Under the pieces are notes generated by a model, which was not told where the DNA came from, made no database searches, and saw only the letters and a program-made list of their open reading frames with translations. A stretch of DNA of 64,000 nucleotides. It comes from Thermodesulfobacteriota bacterium. Lineage in GTDB: Bacteria > Desulfobacterota > Desulfobacteria > Desulfobacterales > SURF-7. This document shows positions 40,788 through 51,780 of this stretch, piece after piece (position 1 is the stretch's first letter; each line of letters opens with the position of its first letter). Where the stretch lies: positions 96,001 through 160,000 of the forward strand of contig JBMORA010000009.1 in NCBI GenBank assembly GCA_049320885.1. Reading direction: 5' to 3'. The position numbers and the translations under genes were made by a program.

Positions 40788-41144
40788 ATGCGCACCTTCT
40801 CCTTTACCGGAAAACAGTGCGTCAATGGATATGGGCCGCCGCTTTTTCCATGATTGCATCTGTTTTTGATTTATGGTAAATAAGGCCATTCCTCTATACT
40901 TCATCATTACCTGTGCTGTCACTAAAAAACAATCGAGCTGAAACCGGAACCGTGGATTATCGGTTTGATGATATGTCCGACATCCACAATAAAGCTTGAT
41001 AACAGTGGAAATCCGGGAATCTGACGTTTTCAATCGGGTTCCGCTGCCGTTGCCGTCAAAAAAAACCTATTCAAACCAACCCTTCACATGGCGTCCGGTT
41101 GTCCGAAATTCAAGGATAGAAGTCGAAGAAAAAGGAGAGACAGG

Positions 41145-43700
41145 ATGATTTCATTTGCCAATTTAAAAGTCGGAACCAAATTGCTGATCAGCTTCTCCAC
41201 CATGATCGTCCTGATGGCGCTGATCGGGTTTTCAGGCTATCTGAGCATGAAGGAAATTCAGAACCAGTTGAACGCCATCTTTACCGTGCGCCTTCCCAGC
41301 ATCGATTATCTGATCGAGGCGGACAGGGATTTGCAACAGCTCCTGGTGGCGGAACGCTCCATGATTTTTGTGGATGTGCAGACCGATGAGTTTAAAGGAC
41401 TTGTGGAGGAATATGAAACCAACCTGAAACAGTCAAGGGAGCGCTGGGAAAAATACAAGGCCCTGGCAACCTCGGCGGAGGAATCGGTGCTGATCCCCAA
41501 ATTCGAGGAAGCCAGGGGCAATTGGGAAAAGGTGTCCAGGAAAGTCGTGGACAGCCGCATTGCGGATACCCGGGACGGCAGGCGGGAAGCCATCGACCTG
41601 ACCAAAAGCGAGGCCAAAACCAAATTCGAGGAAATGCGGGATTTCATCGATCAGTTGACCGGCATCAATCTCGCGATCGCCAAGCAGGCGGACCAGTCGG
41701 CGAAGGCCAATTTTCAAAAGACCAGTATATTCCTGTTCACGGTCCTGCTCGTCGGAATTCTGATCGGCATCGGTTTCACCTGGATCATCAGCCGGGGCAT
41801 TTCCAGGCCGATCATCCAGGTGGTCAAATTCGCCGAATCGCTGCGAAGCGGAAATTTACGGGCCAACCTCGGAACAGACGCGTCGGGTCATAAAACCAAA
41901 GAGGGGGAAGCCCAACAAGCTAGGGTAACCCGAACCGACGAAATCGGAATCCTGCTATCCGCCATGGCCGGCATGCGCGACAGTCTGCGAAACAAGGCGG
42001 ATGTGGCTGAAAAAATCGCCGCCGGTGAATTGTCCACCCAGGTGGATATCTTGTCCGAAGAGGACATCCTTGGGAAAGCCCTTGCCGTGATGATCGCGAA
42101 TCTGAATCGGCTTTCCAATGACATCAATCAATTGTCGGAAGATATCCGCAACGGCAAATTGGAGGTCCGGGGGAAGAGCGATGAATTCCAGGGCGGCTGG
42201 CGGCATTTGGTGAACAATATCAATGAACTCATCGCGTCCTTTGTGGGTCCCATCAACATGACCTCGGAGTATATCAAGCGTATTTCCAACGGTGATATCC
42301 CGGAAAAAATCACCGCCGAATACAAGGGCGATTTTACGGTCATCAAGGAAAACCTGAATCAGTGCGTGGACATCATGCAGGGGCTGTTGAACGAAGTGAT
42401 CCTACTCATCGAAGCGGTCAACGACGGGGATCTGGATAAACGAGGGGATGCCAAAAAATTCTTCGGCGACTGGGGAACGCTGGTCACCGGCGTCAATGAT
42501 CTTATCCAGGCCTTTGTCAGGCCTTTCAACCTGACGGCTTCCTACATCGACCGAATTTCCAAAGGCGACATTCCCGAGGCGATCCAGGAAGAATACAAGG
42601 GCGGCTTCAATGAAATTAAAAACAATCTGAATACGTTGATTGAGGCCACCAACACCGTGGCCAATCTTTCCCAGGAGATTTCCAAGGGCAATCTCATCGT
42701 GAACGTGGAGAAACGGTCTGAAAAAGATCGGCTCATGGAGTCGCTGGACCGGATGGTGAAAGATCTGACGCAAATTGTTGTGGATGTGCAGACGGCGGCT
42801 GATCAGGTTAACAGCGGCAGCCAGCAGATCAGCTCCGCCGGACAGCAGATGTCCCAGGGAGCTACAGAACAATCCGCCGCCGTAGAGCAGGTATCGAGTT
42901 CCATGGAACAGATGAACAGCACGGTTCAAGGCAATGCCGACAATGCCCGCCAGACGGCCGTGATCGCCCAAAAGGCGGCCGGAGACGCCGAAACGGGCGG
43001 CCGGGCGGTGGCGGAGACGGTGGCGGCCATGAAAAATATTTCCGAAAAGATCAAAATCATAGAGGAAATTGCCCGCCAGACCAACATGCTGGCCCTGAAT
43101 GCCGCCATCGAGGCAGCCCGGGCCGGCGAACACGGCAAAGGGTTTGCGGTGGTGGCGGCGGAAGTCCGCAAGCTCGCCGAGCGGAGCCAGAAAGCCGCCC
43201 AGGAAATCAGCGAGTATTCCACTTCCAGTGTGGAAGTTTCGGAAAAGGCCGGCAGGCTGCTGGAGAGCATTGTGCCCAATATTCAAAAAACCTCCGAACT
43301 CATTCAGGAGATAAGCGCCGCCAGTTCCGAGCAGGCCAGCGGCATTCAGCAGGTCACCAGCGCCATCGATCAGCTGGATCAGATCATTCAACAGAACGCC
43401 TCCGCCACGGAGGAAATGGCGGCCACCGGCGAGGAACTTTCCGGCCAGGCCGAACGTCTCAAGGAGATCATTTCGATTTTTCAGGTGGATGAGCAAAAAA
43501 TCTACACGGCCTCCCGGATCTCCGAATTTTCCGCAACCGGAAAGGGAGATCGACCCGAGCCGCTTCGCAGGCTCAAGGCTCCCAAGATCTTGGCGGCCCG
43601 ACGTGCCGTCGGACCGAAAACCGGCAAGGGAGTCGGCGAAAAGGTGGGGGTTGCCCTCCATCTGCAGGATGAGGAGGATGACGGTTTTGAGCGGTATTGA
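41145..43700 (+). CDS. Methyl-accepting chemotaxis protein (4HB sensor, poly-HAMP)
   Basis: Two TMs, repeated HAMP units, [31 protein letters not shown]-terminal GFERY. Confidence 0.95.
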   Translation: MISFANLKVGTKLLISFSTMIVLMALIGFSGYLSMKEIQNQLNAIFTVRLPSIDYLIEADRDLQQLLVAERSMIFVDVQTDEFKGLVEEYETNLKQSRERWEKYKALATSAEESVLIPKFEEARGNWEKVSRKVVDSRIADTRDGRREAIDLTKSEAKTKFEEMRDFIDQLTGINLAIAKQADQSAKANFQKTSIFLFTVLLVGILIGIGFTWIISRGISRPIIQVVKFAESLRSGNLRANLGTDASGHKTKEGEAQQARVTRTDEIGILLSAMAGMRDSLRNKADVAEKIAAGELSTQVDILSEEDILGKALAVMIANLNRLSNDINQLSEDIRNGKLEVRGKSDEFQGGWRHLVNNINELIASFVGPINMTSEYIKRISNGDIPEKITAEYKGDFTVIKENLNQCVDIMQGLLNEVILLIEAVNDGDLDKRGDAKKFFGDWGTLVTGVNDLIQAFVRPFNLTASYIDRISKGDIPEAIQEEYKGGFNEIKNNLNTLIEATNTVANLSQEISKGNLIVNVEKRSEKDRLMESLDRMVKDLTQIVVDVQTAADQVNSGSQQISSAGQQMSQGATEQSAAVEQVSSSMEQMNSTVQGNADNARQTAVIAQKAAGDAETGGRAVAETVAAMKNISEKIKIIEEIARQTNMLALNAAIEAARAGEHGKGFAVVAAEVRKLAERSQKAAQEISEYSTSSVEVSEKAGRLLESIVPNIQKTSELIQEISAASSEQASGIQQVTSAIDQLDQIIQQNASATEEMAATGEELSGQAERLKEIISIFQVDEQKIYTASRISEFSATGKGDRPEPLRRLKAPKILAARRAVGPKTGKGVGEKVGVALHLQDEEDDGFERY

Positions 43701-43752
43701 TGGATTTCATATTCCGCAGGGAAAGCGCGATCATGGCTGAACCAAAGCGAAG

Positions 43753-44925
43753 TTACGGCTTTTCCTCATAGCCGAACCGTGGGTCCACCGCAAGAAAGCC
43801 GCCGAACAGCAGGCCGCCGAACAGCGCGACACCGGCGCTGAAAGCAAAAAGGCCGAAGGCCCCGATCCGGTCGAACAGATACCCGTTCACCACGAAGCCG
43901 ATGGTGATGCCGAGGCCATAGGTCACGGCGTTGTTGACGGCCTGGCCCACGGTTTTGGCTTCAGCCGGCACGATGCGGTCGATGTACAGAATGCTGGCGA
44001 CGTGAAAGGCGCCGTAGGTCAGGGCGTGGAGGGCCTGTGAGGCGAGAATCACCGCCGGCGAGCTGGCGAATGCGAGGATCAACCATCGCGCCACGGCTGC
44101 CGCGAAAGTGACCAGAAGGACTTTCTCGATGGAAAAGCGCCGGAAAATGGCCTCGGATTTGATCATTACGACGATTTCGGCCAGGGATGCCAGCCCCCAG
44201 GCAATGCCGACGAAGGTCTTGCCGTATCCCAGAGCCTCCAGATGGATCGAAAAGAATCCATAGTACATGCCGTGGCTGACCAGCATGATGAAGGCACAGA
44301 TCAGGAAGACGATCAGGCGGCCCTTCAGCAGACGCGGCGCCTCGGCGGCGGAGGGCAGGACGGCGGAGGGCGCCGAGCGGGGGATCCCGCAGGAAACCAC
44401 TGCCTGAAGCAGGGAACCCGCGAATATCAGCATGATCACGATATCGACGGAATAGAGATCGATGAGCCAGCCCACCAGCATCACGGCGGCGATGAAATGG
44501 ATCGACCCCCACATCCGGATACGGCCGTACCGGTTTCTTTCCGCACCCAGGATGTCCATGGTGAATGCCTCCAGAAAGGATATCAGGGGCGCATAAAAAA
44601 AACCGTAGACCAGACTGATCACCAGCATCCAGTGGAAATCGGAGGTTAAGAGGAACAATCCCCATGCCAGGGCGCTGATGAAATTGCAGCCGATGTATAT
44701 GGGCCTTCTGGTCTTGTAGCGATCCGCCAGGGCGCCCCAGAAAAGGGGAAACAAGACCGTGGCCACGGTCCTGATCGCCGACAGGATTCCGATTTCAAAT
44801 CCGCTGAATCGGAGGTGATGACAGTAGAGATTGAAATAGGGCAGAAAAATACCGAGAACGCCGAAATACAGGGAATACTGGCCCCCGAGGAACACGTACC
44901 GGTGCGGTGACTGGATTCGTTTCAT
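43753..44925 (-). CDS. MFS transporter (HcaT-like)
   Basis: About 12 TM segments, WGALADR and YGRIRMWGS. Confidence 0.87.
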   Translation of the reverse strand: MKRIQSPHRYVFLGGQYSLYFGVLGIFLPYFNLYCHHLRFSGFEIGILSAIRTVATVLFPLFWGALADRYKTRRPIYIGCNFISALAWGLFLLTSDFHWMLVISLVYGFFYAPLISFLEAFTMDILGAERNRYGRIRMWGSIHFIAAVMLVGWLIDLYSVDIVIMLIFAGSLLQAVVSCGIPRSAPSAVLPSAAEAPRLLKGRLIVFLICAFIMLVSHGMYYGFFSIHLEALGYGKTFVGIAWGLASLAEIVVMIKSEAIFRRFSIEKVLLVTFAAAVARWLILAFASSPAVILASQALHALTYGAFHVASILYIDRIVPAEAKTVGQAVNNAVTYGLGITIGFVVNGYLFDRIGAFGLFAFSAGVALFGGLLFGGFLAVDPRFGYEEKP

Positions 44926-45168
44926 TGGAAAAACAGGCCCATCCCCTTTACAAACCGGAGCGGGAATGCTAAATTCCCTCCGATTCGCCGTTCTGTTTGA
45001 AAAATACAAAATGGCATCGCTCACCGCGGAAATAGAAAGTCGTCGATTCAAGCGTTCCATTTAGCTTCTTCCCGATGCTTTTTCAACTGCTAATCGTGCG
45101 GATCAGAACCCGGTTTTGTTGTAACCTTGGCGCAGCAGGTTTCATCCCGACTCTCTAAGGAGCTGAAA

Positions 45169-45615
45169 ATGGAATTCATTAAAATCCGTTTTGGAAATGA
45201 CCATAGTCAACCTGGTCAAAAGTTTGAGAAAACCATTGCCGAAATGTTTCAGTCCCTCAATCCCATGTTCACCATTTCGGAACGGGCATGGAAACCGCTG
45301 ATGGATATTTACGAGACGCCCGATGAAATTTATATCCTGGCCGAGATCGCCGGGGTGGGCAAAGAGGACCTGGAACTGGAAATCAATCGCAAGGCGGTCA
45401 AAATTTACGGACAGCGCCGCTGCTCCCCGCCGGTGGAGAATGCCCGGTTCCGGCTCGCGGAAATCCAGTACGGTTTTTTCGAACGCATGCTGTTTTTACC
45501 CGCCCCCATCGATACGGAGCAGGTGTCGGCGTCCTATTCCAACGGATTGCTGCAGGTTCGACTTTCCAAACTGCCCAGGGATATAACCCATTCCATTCCC
45601 ATCAGTGATGGCTGA
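45169..45615 (+). CDS. Hsp20/alpha-crystallin small heat shock protein
   Basis: PLMDIYET, EIQYGFFER and ASYSNGLL; AAGGAG RBS. Confidence 0.9.
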   Translation: MEFIKIRFGNDHSQPGQKFEKTIAEMFQSLNPMFTISERAWKPLMDIYETPDEIYILAEIAGVGKEDLELEINRKAVKIYGQRRCSPPVENARFRLAEIQYGFFERMLFLPAPIDTEQVSASYSNGLLQVRLSKLPRDITHSIPISDG

Positions 45616-45710
45616 AGGGCCCAGTGTCTCACGCGCATGCCGGGATCACGGGAACATGAGGATGAACTCTCCGCTTTTTGCGATTCTGATCCAGTAACCA
45701 GGAGGAACAA

Positions 45711-48059
45711 ATGTCTGACAATCCGCTATCGATGGAAATTGATCCGAATACTATGCCGAAACAATTGCCGATACTGCCTCTATTCGAGGTCGTGCTGTTT
45801 CCCAAGATGGTGCTGCCGCTGGTGGTGATGGAAGGGCAGTCGATCCAGCTCATCGACGAAGCCATGGCAAAGGACCGCATCATCGGGCTGGTCTCCTCGC
45901 GGAAATCCGAAGTCAGCGAATCCTATACGCCGGATAACCTCTATACCGTCGGCACCTCGGCCGTTATCCTCAAAATGGCCAAGGCGGATGAAAACAAGGC
46001 CCAGTTGATGGTCCAGGGGATCAGCCGCTTTAAAATCGAGCGCTTTGTGGACGGCAAGTCCTACCTGCAGGCCCAGGTATCCCCGGTTCCGGACAAGGCG
46101 GCCGACGACAAGGAGTCGAAGGCGCTCATGGCCAATCTCGTGGATCTCTACAGCAAGGTGGTGAAGCTCTCCCCCAGTCTACCCCAGGATATCAGCAACA
46201 TGGCCCGTTCCATCGAGGATCCGGGCATTCTGGCGGACATGGTGACCTCCACGATCAACTCTTCCATTGAGGAAAAACAGAAAATACTGGAAATACAGGA
46301 GGTAAAAAAACGCCTGAAAGAAGTCACCCGCATGGTCAACTACCAGCTGGAGATCCTGGAGCTGGGAAGCAAGATTCAATCCCAGGTCAAGGGAGACATG
46401 GACAAGAAACAGAAGGAATACTATTTGCGCCAGCAGCTGAAGGCCATCAAGGAAGAACTGGGGGAAACCGATGAATCCAGTGTCGAAATCGATGAATACC
46501 GGGCGAAAATCAACGAGAAACAGCTTCCCGAGGAGGCGTTGAAGGAGGCCGAGCGGGAATTGAACCGGCTCGGTCGCATGCATCCGTCCTCCTCCGAATA
46601 TACCGTTTCTTCCACGTATCTGGACTGGCTGACCAGCCTTCCCTGGAACGAGAGCACGGAGGATAATCTGGACATCGCCAAAGCCAGAAAGATCCTGGAC
46701 GACGATCATTACGGGTTGGAAAAGGCCAAGAAACGGATTATCGAATACCTGGCGGTTCGCAAGCTGAAACCGGATTCCAAAGGTCCGATTCTGTGTTTCG
46801 CCGGCCCGCCCGGCACGGGGAAAACCTCCCTGGGCCATTCCATCGCCAAGGCCCTGGGCCGGAAATTCATCCGCATCGCCCTGGGCGGCGTGAGGGACGA
46901 GGCGGAGATCCGGGGGCATCGCCGCACCTACGTGGGGGCCCTGCCCGGCCGCATCATCCAGGGCATCCGGCGGGCGGAATCGAAAAATCCGGTTTTCATG
47001 CTGGATGAAATCGATAAGGTCGGCAGCGATTTCCGGGGAGATCCTTCCTCGGCCCTATTGGAAGTCCTGGATCCGGAGCAGAATTTTTCCTTTTCCGATC
47101 ATTATCTGGACGTGCCCTTCGACCTGTCCAAGGTGATGTTCATCACCACCGCGAATGTCCTCGACACCATCCCGCCGGCCCTGCGGGATCGCATGGAAGT
47201 CTTGCAGCTGCTCGGTTATACCGAGGAAGAGAAGATCAGCATCGCCAACCGCTACCTGATTCCGCGTCAACGGGACGAGCACGGACTCAAGACCAAGCAG
47301 TTGGCCATTTCAACCCCGGTTCTCCGGCATATCATCAGCGGTTACACCCGGGAGGCCGGTTTGCGGAATCTGGAGCGGGAGATCGCCGCCATCTGCCGCG
47401 GGGTGGCCGCCAACATCGCCGAGGGGAAGAAAAAATCGGTTTCCATCGCCATCAAGGATATAGCCGATTATCTCGGACCGGTCCGGTTCACTTCCGAGGA
47501 AATCACCAGGGTCGGAACACCGGGCGTGGCCATGGGTCTGGCGTGGACGCCCGCCGGAGGAGAGTTGCTGTTCATCGAAGCCACGGCCATGAAGGGCAAG
47601 CACGGTCTGACCTTGACCGGACAACTGGGCGATGTCATGAAGGAGTCCGCCACGGCCGCCCTGAGCTTCATCCGATCAAACGCCAAAAGCATCGGCGTGC
47701 CGGAAGATTTTTTTGAAAACCGGGATATCCATGTGCATGTTCCGGCAGGCGCGATTCCCAAGGACGGTCCTTCCGCCGGAGTCACCATGCTGACGGCGCT
47801 GACCTCCCTGCTGACCGGCAAGCCGATCCAGGAAAAACTGGCCATGACCGGAGAAATCACCCTGCGCGGGCAGGTCCTGCCGGTGGGCGGCATCAAGGAG
47901 AAAGTGCTGGCGGCCCATCGTGCCGGAGTCAAAACCATTATCCTGCCCAAATGGAATGAAAAGGATCTGTTCGATATTCCGGCCAATGTCCGCAAAAGCA
48001 TCAAGTTCCATTTTGTGGACAAGATGAGTCAGGTGCTGAAGATCGCCCTGCGCAAATAA
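45711..48059 (+). CDS. lon: Second ATP-dependent Lon protease
   Basis: [29 protein letters not shown] and VGGIKEK. Confidence 0.96.
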   Translation: MSDNPLSMEIDPNTMPKQLPILPLFEVVLFPKMVLPLVVMEGQSIQLIDEAMAKDRIIGLVSSRKSEVSESYTPDNLYTVGTSAVILKMAKADENKAQLMVQGISRFKIERFVDGKSYLQAQVSPVPDKAADDKESKALMANLVDLYSKVVKLSPSLPQDISNMARSIEDPGILADMVTSTINSSIEEKQKILEIQEVKKRLKEVTRMVNYQLEILELGSKIQSQVKGDMDKKQKEYYLRQQLKAIKEELGETDESSVEIDEYRAKINEKQLPEEALKEAERELNRLGRMHPSSSEYTVSSTYLDWLTSLPWNESTEDNLDIAKARKILDDDHYGLEKAKKRIIEYLAVRKLKPDSKGPILCFAGPPGTGKTSLGHSIAKALGRKFIRIALGGVRDEAEIRGHRRTYVGALPGRIIQGIRRAESKNPVFMLDEIDKVGSDFRGDPSSALLEVLDPEQNFSFSDHYLDVPFDLSKVMFITTANVLDTIPPALRDRMEVLQLLGYTEEEKISIANRYLIPRQRDEHGLKTKQLAISTPVLRHIISGYTREAGLRNLEREIAAICRGVAANIAEGKKKSVSIAIKDIADYLGPVRFTSEEITRVGTPGVAMGLAWTPAGGELLFIEATAMKGKHGLTLTGQLGDVMKESATAALSFIRSNAKSIGVPEDFFENRDIHVHVPAGAIPKDGPSAGVTMLTALTSLLTGKPIQEKLAMTGEITLRGQVLPVGGIKEKVLAAHRAGVKTIILPKWNEKDLFDIPANVRKSIKFHFVDKMSQVLKIALRK

Positions 48060-48166
48060 AATCCGGAGGAACGAAAATCGGTAGTGCCGATATTCTGTAA
48101 AATGGAACCATGCGGATAGGATTCATCGAACACAGCGAAGCCCCGGTGCGGCGGCAACCAGGCGGA

Positions 48167-48940
48167 ATGTCAAAACGGGACGGAAGGAACGGCCTTGCGC
48201 GATTCCGGTCGCTGCTGACCGGCGCCCGGATTTTCCTCTGGCTGCTGCCGGCGATCTCCCTGGGATGCCTGCCCAAGGCGCCGCCCGTGGCGCCGCCCGG
48301 TTATCCGGCGCCCTACAAGGTCGGCGGTGAATGGTATCAACCCATCCCCAACGCAAAGGACTTCCGGCAACTGGGCATCGCCTCCTGGTATGGGGAAGAT
48401 TTCCATGGACGCAAAACCTCCAGCGGCGAAATTTACAACATGCATGCCATGACGGCGGCTCACAAAACCCTGCCGCTGGGAACATTCGTGCGGGTCCGCC
48501 ACCAGGGAACCGGGCGTGAAATCGTGGTCAAAGTCAATGATCGGGGGCCTTTCGTCAGCGGGCGGATCATCGATCTTTCCTATGCGGCCGCGAAGGAACT
48601 GGGCATCGTGGACATCGGCACGGCCCCGGTTCAGGTGGTGGCCCTGGGCAGGGCGGCCGGGGGATCCGGTTCCGATTCGCCGGCGTATATACCCGGCGAC
48701 TATTATTCCGGCAACTTCACGTTCCAGGTCGCCGCTTTCAAGGAACTCGCCAATGCCGAGCGGCTGAAAACCAAACTGGGCAAAACCTATCCAAACGCGC
48801 ACATCTTCAAATGGGACAATGGAAAGGACGTGTTCTACCGGGTTCGCGTGGGGCGATATTCGAACCTGGAACAGATCGCTGCGGATGAAACCATACTGGC
48901 CCGGGACGGATATCCGGATGCGTTTATTGTGGCCGAATAG
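48167..48940 (+). CDS. rlpA: RlpA lytic transglycosylase lipoprotein with SPOR domain
   Basis: Lipobox [29 protein letters not shown]-terminal QVAAF...YRVRVG; start uncertain. Confidence 0.92.
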   Translation: MSKRDGRNGLARFRSLLTGARIFLWLLPAISLGCLPKAPPVAPPGYPAPYKVGGEWYQPIPNAKDFRQLGIASWYGEDFHGRKTSSGEIYNMHAMTAAHKTLPLGTFVRVRHQGTGREIVVKVNDRGPFVSGRIIDLSYAAAKELGIVDIGTAPVQVVALGRAAGGSGSDSPAYIPGDYYSGNFTFQVAAFKELANAERLKTKLGKTYPNAHIFKWDNGKDVFYRVRVGRYSNLEQIAADETILARDGYPDAFIVAE

Positions 48941-48955
48941 CCCGGAAACACCGCC

Positions 48956-49546
48956 ATGGAAATGAACGCAGGCCTCAATCGGATCGTCTTCATGGATCGG
49001 GACGGGGTCATCAACCGGGACTCGCCGGATTACATCAAGGGCTGGAGCGAGTTCGAATTCCTGCCGGGCAGCCTGGAGGCCATGGCCCATCTTACCCGGA
49101 ACGGGTTTCGAATCATCATTGTCACCAACCAGTCCATCATCAACCGCGGCATGGTCCGGCCGGCAATCCTGGATGACATGTTCCGGCGCATGACGCAGGC
49201 CGTGCGGGAGGCCGGCGGTGACATCCTCGATATTTTTTTCTGCCCCCACAGGCCGGAAGAAGACTGCGATTGCCGGAAACCGCGGACCGGCATGCTGCAG
49301 AAGGCCCGGCGCATCCACGGGCTCGATCTTTCCAGAACCTATATGGTGGGCGACAACGCCAAGGATATTGAATGCGCCAGGAATGCGGGTTGCGGCAGCG
49401 CCATCCTTGTCCTGACCGGCAGCGGCCTGGAAGCTGTTGGGATCCTGGAACGCAAGGGGATACGACCCGACCATGTCGCCGCCGATCTCCTGGCGGCCGC
49501 CCGCTGGATCACCGGAGGCGGAATGGAAGGGGAAACTCGTTCATGA
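48956..49546 (+). CDS. gmhB: D-glycero-D-manno-heptose 1,7-bisphosphate phosphatase
   Basis: DRDGVIN, VTNQS, CPH...CDCRKP and MVGD. Confidence 0.9.
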   Translation: MEMNAGLNRIVFMDRDGVINRDSPDYIKGWSEFEFLPGSLEAMAHLTRNGFRIIIVTNQSIINRGMVRPAILDDMFRRMTQAVREAGGDILDIFFCPHRPEEDCDCRKPRTGMLQKARRIHGLDLSRTYMVGDNAKDIECARNAGCGSAILVLTGSGLEAVGILERKGIRPDHVAADLLAAARWITGGGMEGETRS

Positions 49547-51708
49547 TCCGGCTGGCAGGGCAGGTGGAACGGATCACCTTCCACAATCCGGAGAATCACT
49601 ACACCATCGCCCGCATCAGCACCCGCGAATCCAGATCGCTTGTCACCATCGTGGGATATATGCCCGGTGTGCAAGCGGGGCAGGATCTCCATATCGGCGG
49701 CTCCTGGGAAACCCATCCCAGGTACGGCCAGCAATTCAAGATCACCACCTTCGAAATCGCCTTGCCTGCCACGGTGGAGGGTATCCGCCGATATCTCGAA
49801 TCCGATGCCGTCAAGGGTATCGGCAGGGTCATGGCCGGGAAACTCTTGGCTTCCTTCGGTCCCCGCACCCTGGAGATTATCGCCAACGAGCCCGAGCGGC
49901 TGACCGAAATCGAGGGCATCGGCGGCCAGAAGGCCGAGGCGCTTCACCGGGCCTGGAAGAAGCATCATGCCCTGATCGACATCATGCGGTATCTCCAGGC
50001 CCACGGCGTCAAGGCAGCCTATGCCGCTCAAATCCTGAAAATCTACGGCGAGGACGCCGTTGCGGCCATCCAGGCGGATCCCTTCCGGCTGGTGGATGAC
50101 CTGCCCCAGGGCGGCTTCCTCATCGCCGACGCCATCACCCGGCATATGGGACGCCCCAAGGATGATCCCGGGCGGATCCGGGCCTGTCTGTTCTATCTGC
50201 TGGACCAGGCCGCCGCTGAAGGGCATGTGTTTGTCCACGAAGACCGGCTGATCCAGCGCGTCGATTCTTTTGAGATCGATGCGGACCAGGCCGCCCGATC
50301 GCTGGAAGGGATGGCCGCAAGGGGCGAAATCGTCGTCGAGGAGGGCATCGAGGACGGCGAGGCCCGGGCGGTTTTCAGCCGGGAGCTTCATCGGGCGGAA
50401 AAAGGCATCGCCGGCCGTATTCACGGCATGGTGTCGATTCCGGTGGAATCCCTGGATCAGAACGCGTCCCTGCTCGCCGCGGAAGTCTTCAACAGCCTGG
50501 CCATCCGGCTGTCCGAAGAGCAGCTGGGGGTGCTGGAGGCGGTTCTCGCCCAGCGGGTCGCGGTCATCACGGGGGGGCCGGGTACGGGAAAAACCACCTT
50601 GATCCGGGCGCTTTGCGCCGTATTCAAGGCCGCTGGCCGGCGGACCATACTGGCCGCTCCCACCGGCCGGGCGGCCAGGCGCCTCACGGAAGTGACCGGT
50701 TGGGAGGCCCAGACGATTCACCGTCTGCTGGGTTATCATTTCCAGGAGGGGCGATTCGAGAAGAACCAGGACGATCCCTTGGATGCGGATGCGGTCATCG
50801 TGGATGAAGCCTCCATGGTCGACACCCTGCTCATGCATCACCTGCTGAACGCGACGCCGCTTCGATCCCGGCTGGTGCTGGTGGGGGACGTTTTTCAATT
50901 GCCGTCCGTTGGGCCGGGTAACGTGCTGGACGACCTGATCCGCTCCGGAAGGCTGCCGGTGTTCTATCTGTCCCGGATTTTCCGGCAGGCCCGCCAAAGC
51001 GCCATCATCGTCAACGCCCATCTGATCCGGCAGGGGGAATTCCCGGATATCCAACCGACGGAAGCCGTTGCGGCGGACACCGATTTCTGTTTCCTTTCGA
51101 CCGATGACCCGCGGGAAATGCCGGAACGGATCATCGACCTCTGCCGCAGCACCATCCCCCAACGGTTTTCCTTTGATCCCATCCGGGACATTCAGGTGCT
51201 CACGCCCATGCACAAAGGCGTCGTGGGCACCCTGCAGCTCAACCGGTTGCTGCAGGCGGCCCTGAACCCATCCGCCGGATTGATGGAACACATGGGCGCC
51301 TCCTTCCGGATCGGTGACAAGGTGATGCACCTGAAAAACAACTACCAGAAGGATGTTTTCAATGGAGATATCGGCACCATCATGGATTGCGACGGGGAAA
51401 ACGGGAGGTTGCTGGTGGATTACTACGGCCGGACCATCAGCTATGAAACCGAGGAACTCGGCGAGGTCACGCCGGCATACGCCATTTCGGTCCATAAATC
51501 CCAGGGATCCGAATACCCGGCGGTCATCATACCCCTGGTCACCCAGCACTATCCGCTGTTGCAACGCAATCTTCTTTATACGGCGGTCACCCGCGGCAAG
51601 CAACTGGTGGTGCTCATCGGATCACCCAAGGCTTTTTCCATCGCCCTGCATAACGACACGGCCCAGAAACGTTTTACGCGGCTGCGGCATAAACTGGAGA
51701 ATGGATAG
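49543..51708 (+). CDS. recD2: RecD2-like SF1B helicase
   Basis: HPRYGQQF, HhH motifs, GGPGTGKTT, DEASM and HKSQGSEY; ATGA overlap with gmhB. Confidence 0.93.
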   Translation: MIRLAGQVERITFHNPENHYTIARISTRESRSLVTIVGYMPGVQAGQDLHIGGSWETHPRYGQQFKITTFEIALPATVEGIRRYLESDAVKGIGRVMAGKLLASFGPRTLEIIANEPERLTEIEGIGGQKAEALHRAWKKHHALIDIMRYLQAHGVKAAYAAQILKIYGEDAVAAIQADPFRLVDDLPQGGFLIADAITRHMGRPKDDPGRIRACLFYLLDQAAAEGHVFVHEDRLIQRVDSFEIDADQAARSLEGMAARGEIVVEEGIEDGEARAVFSRELHRAEKGIAGRIHGMVSIPVESLDQNASLLAAEVFNSLAIRLSEEQLGVLEAVLAQRVAVITGGPGTGKTTLIRALCAVFKAAGRRTILAAPTGRAARRLTEVTGWEAQTIHRLLGYHFQEGRFEKNQDDPLDADAVIVDEASMVDTLLMHHLLNATPLRSRLVLVGDVFQLPSVGPGNVLDDLIRSGRLPVFYLSRIFRQARQSAIIVNAHLIRQGEFPDIQPTEAVAADTDFCFLSTDDPREMPERIIDLCRSTIPQRFSFDPIRDIQVLTPMHKGVVGTLQLNRLLQAALNPSAGLMEHMGASFRIGDKVMHLKNNYQKDVFNGDIGTIMDCDGENGRLLVDYYGRTISYETEELGEVTPAYAISVHKSQGSEYPAVIIPLVTQHYPLLQRNLLYTAVTRGKQLVVLIGSPKAFSIALHNDTAQKRFTRLRHKLENG

Positions 51709-51780
51709 GGCGCTTTCCACGCCCCTAAGGGCCTGTCTCTCCGGGTCCCGCCGGTGGTGACGGAGGCAGGCCAATCCGGA

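Noticed and set aside
45061..45093. TTAGC...GCTAA upstream of hsp20 as a CIRCE element
   Set aside because: Arms and spacing do not match TTAGCACTC-N9-GAGTGCTAA.
49339..51603. Long antisense ORFs (754 aa here; also 52111-53832, 59164-61110, 42402-43661)
   Set aside because: They mirror well-supported genes on the other strand, as expected in GC-rich DNA, and carry no motifs.
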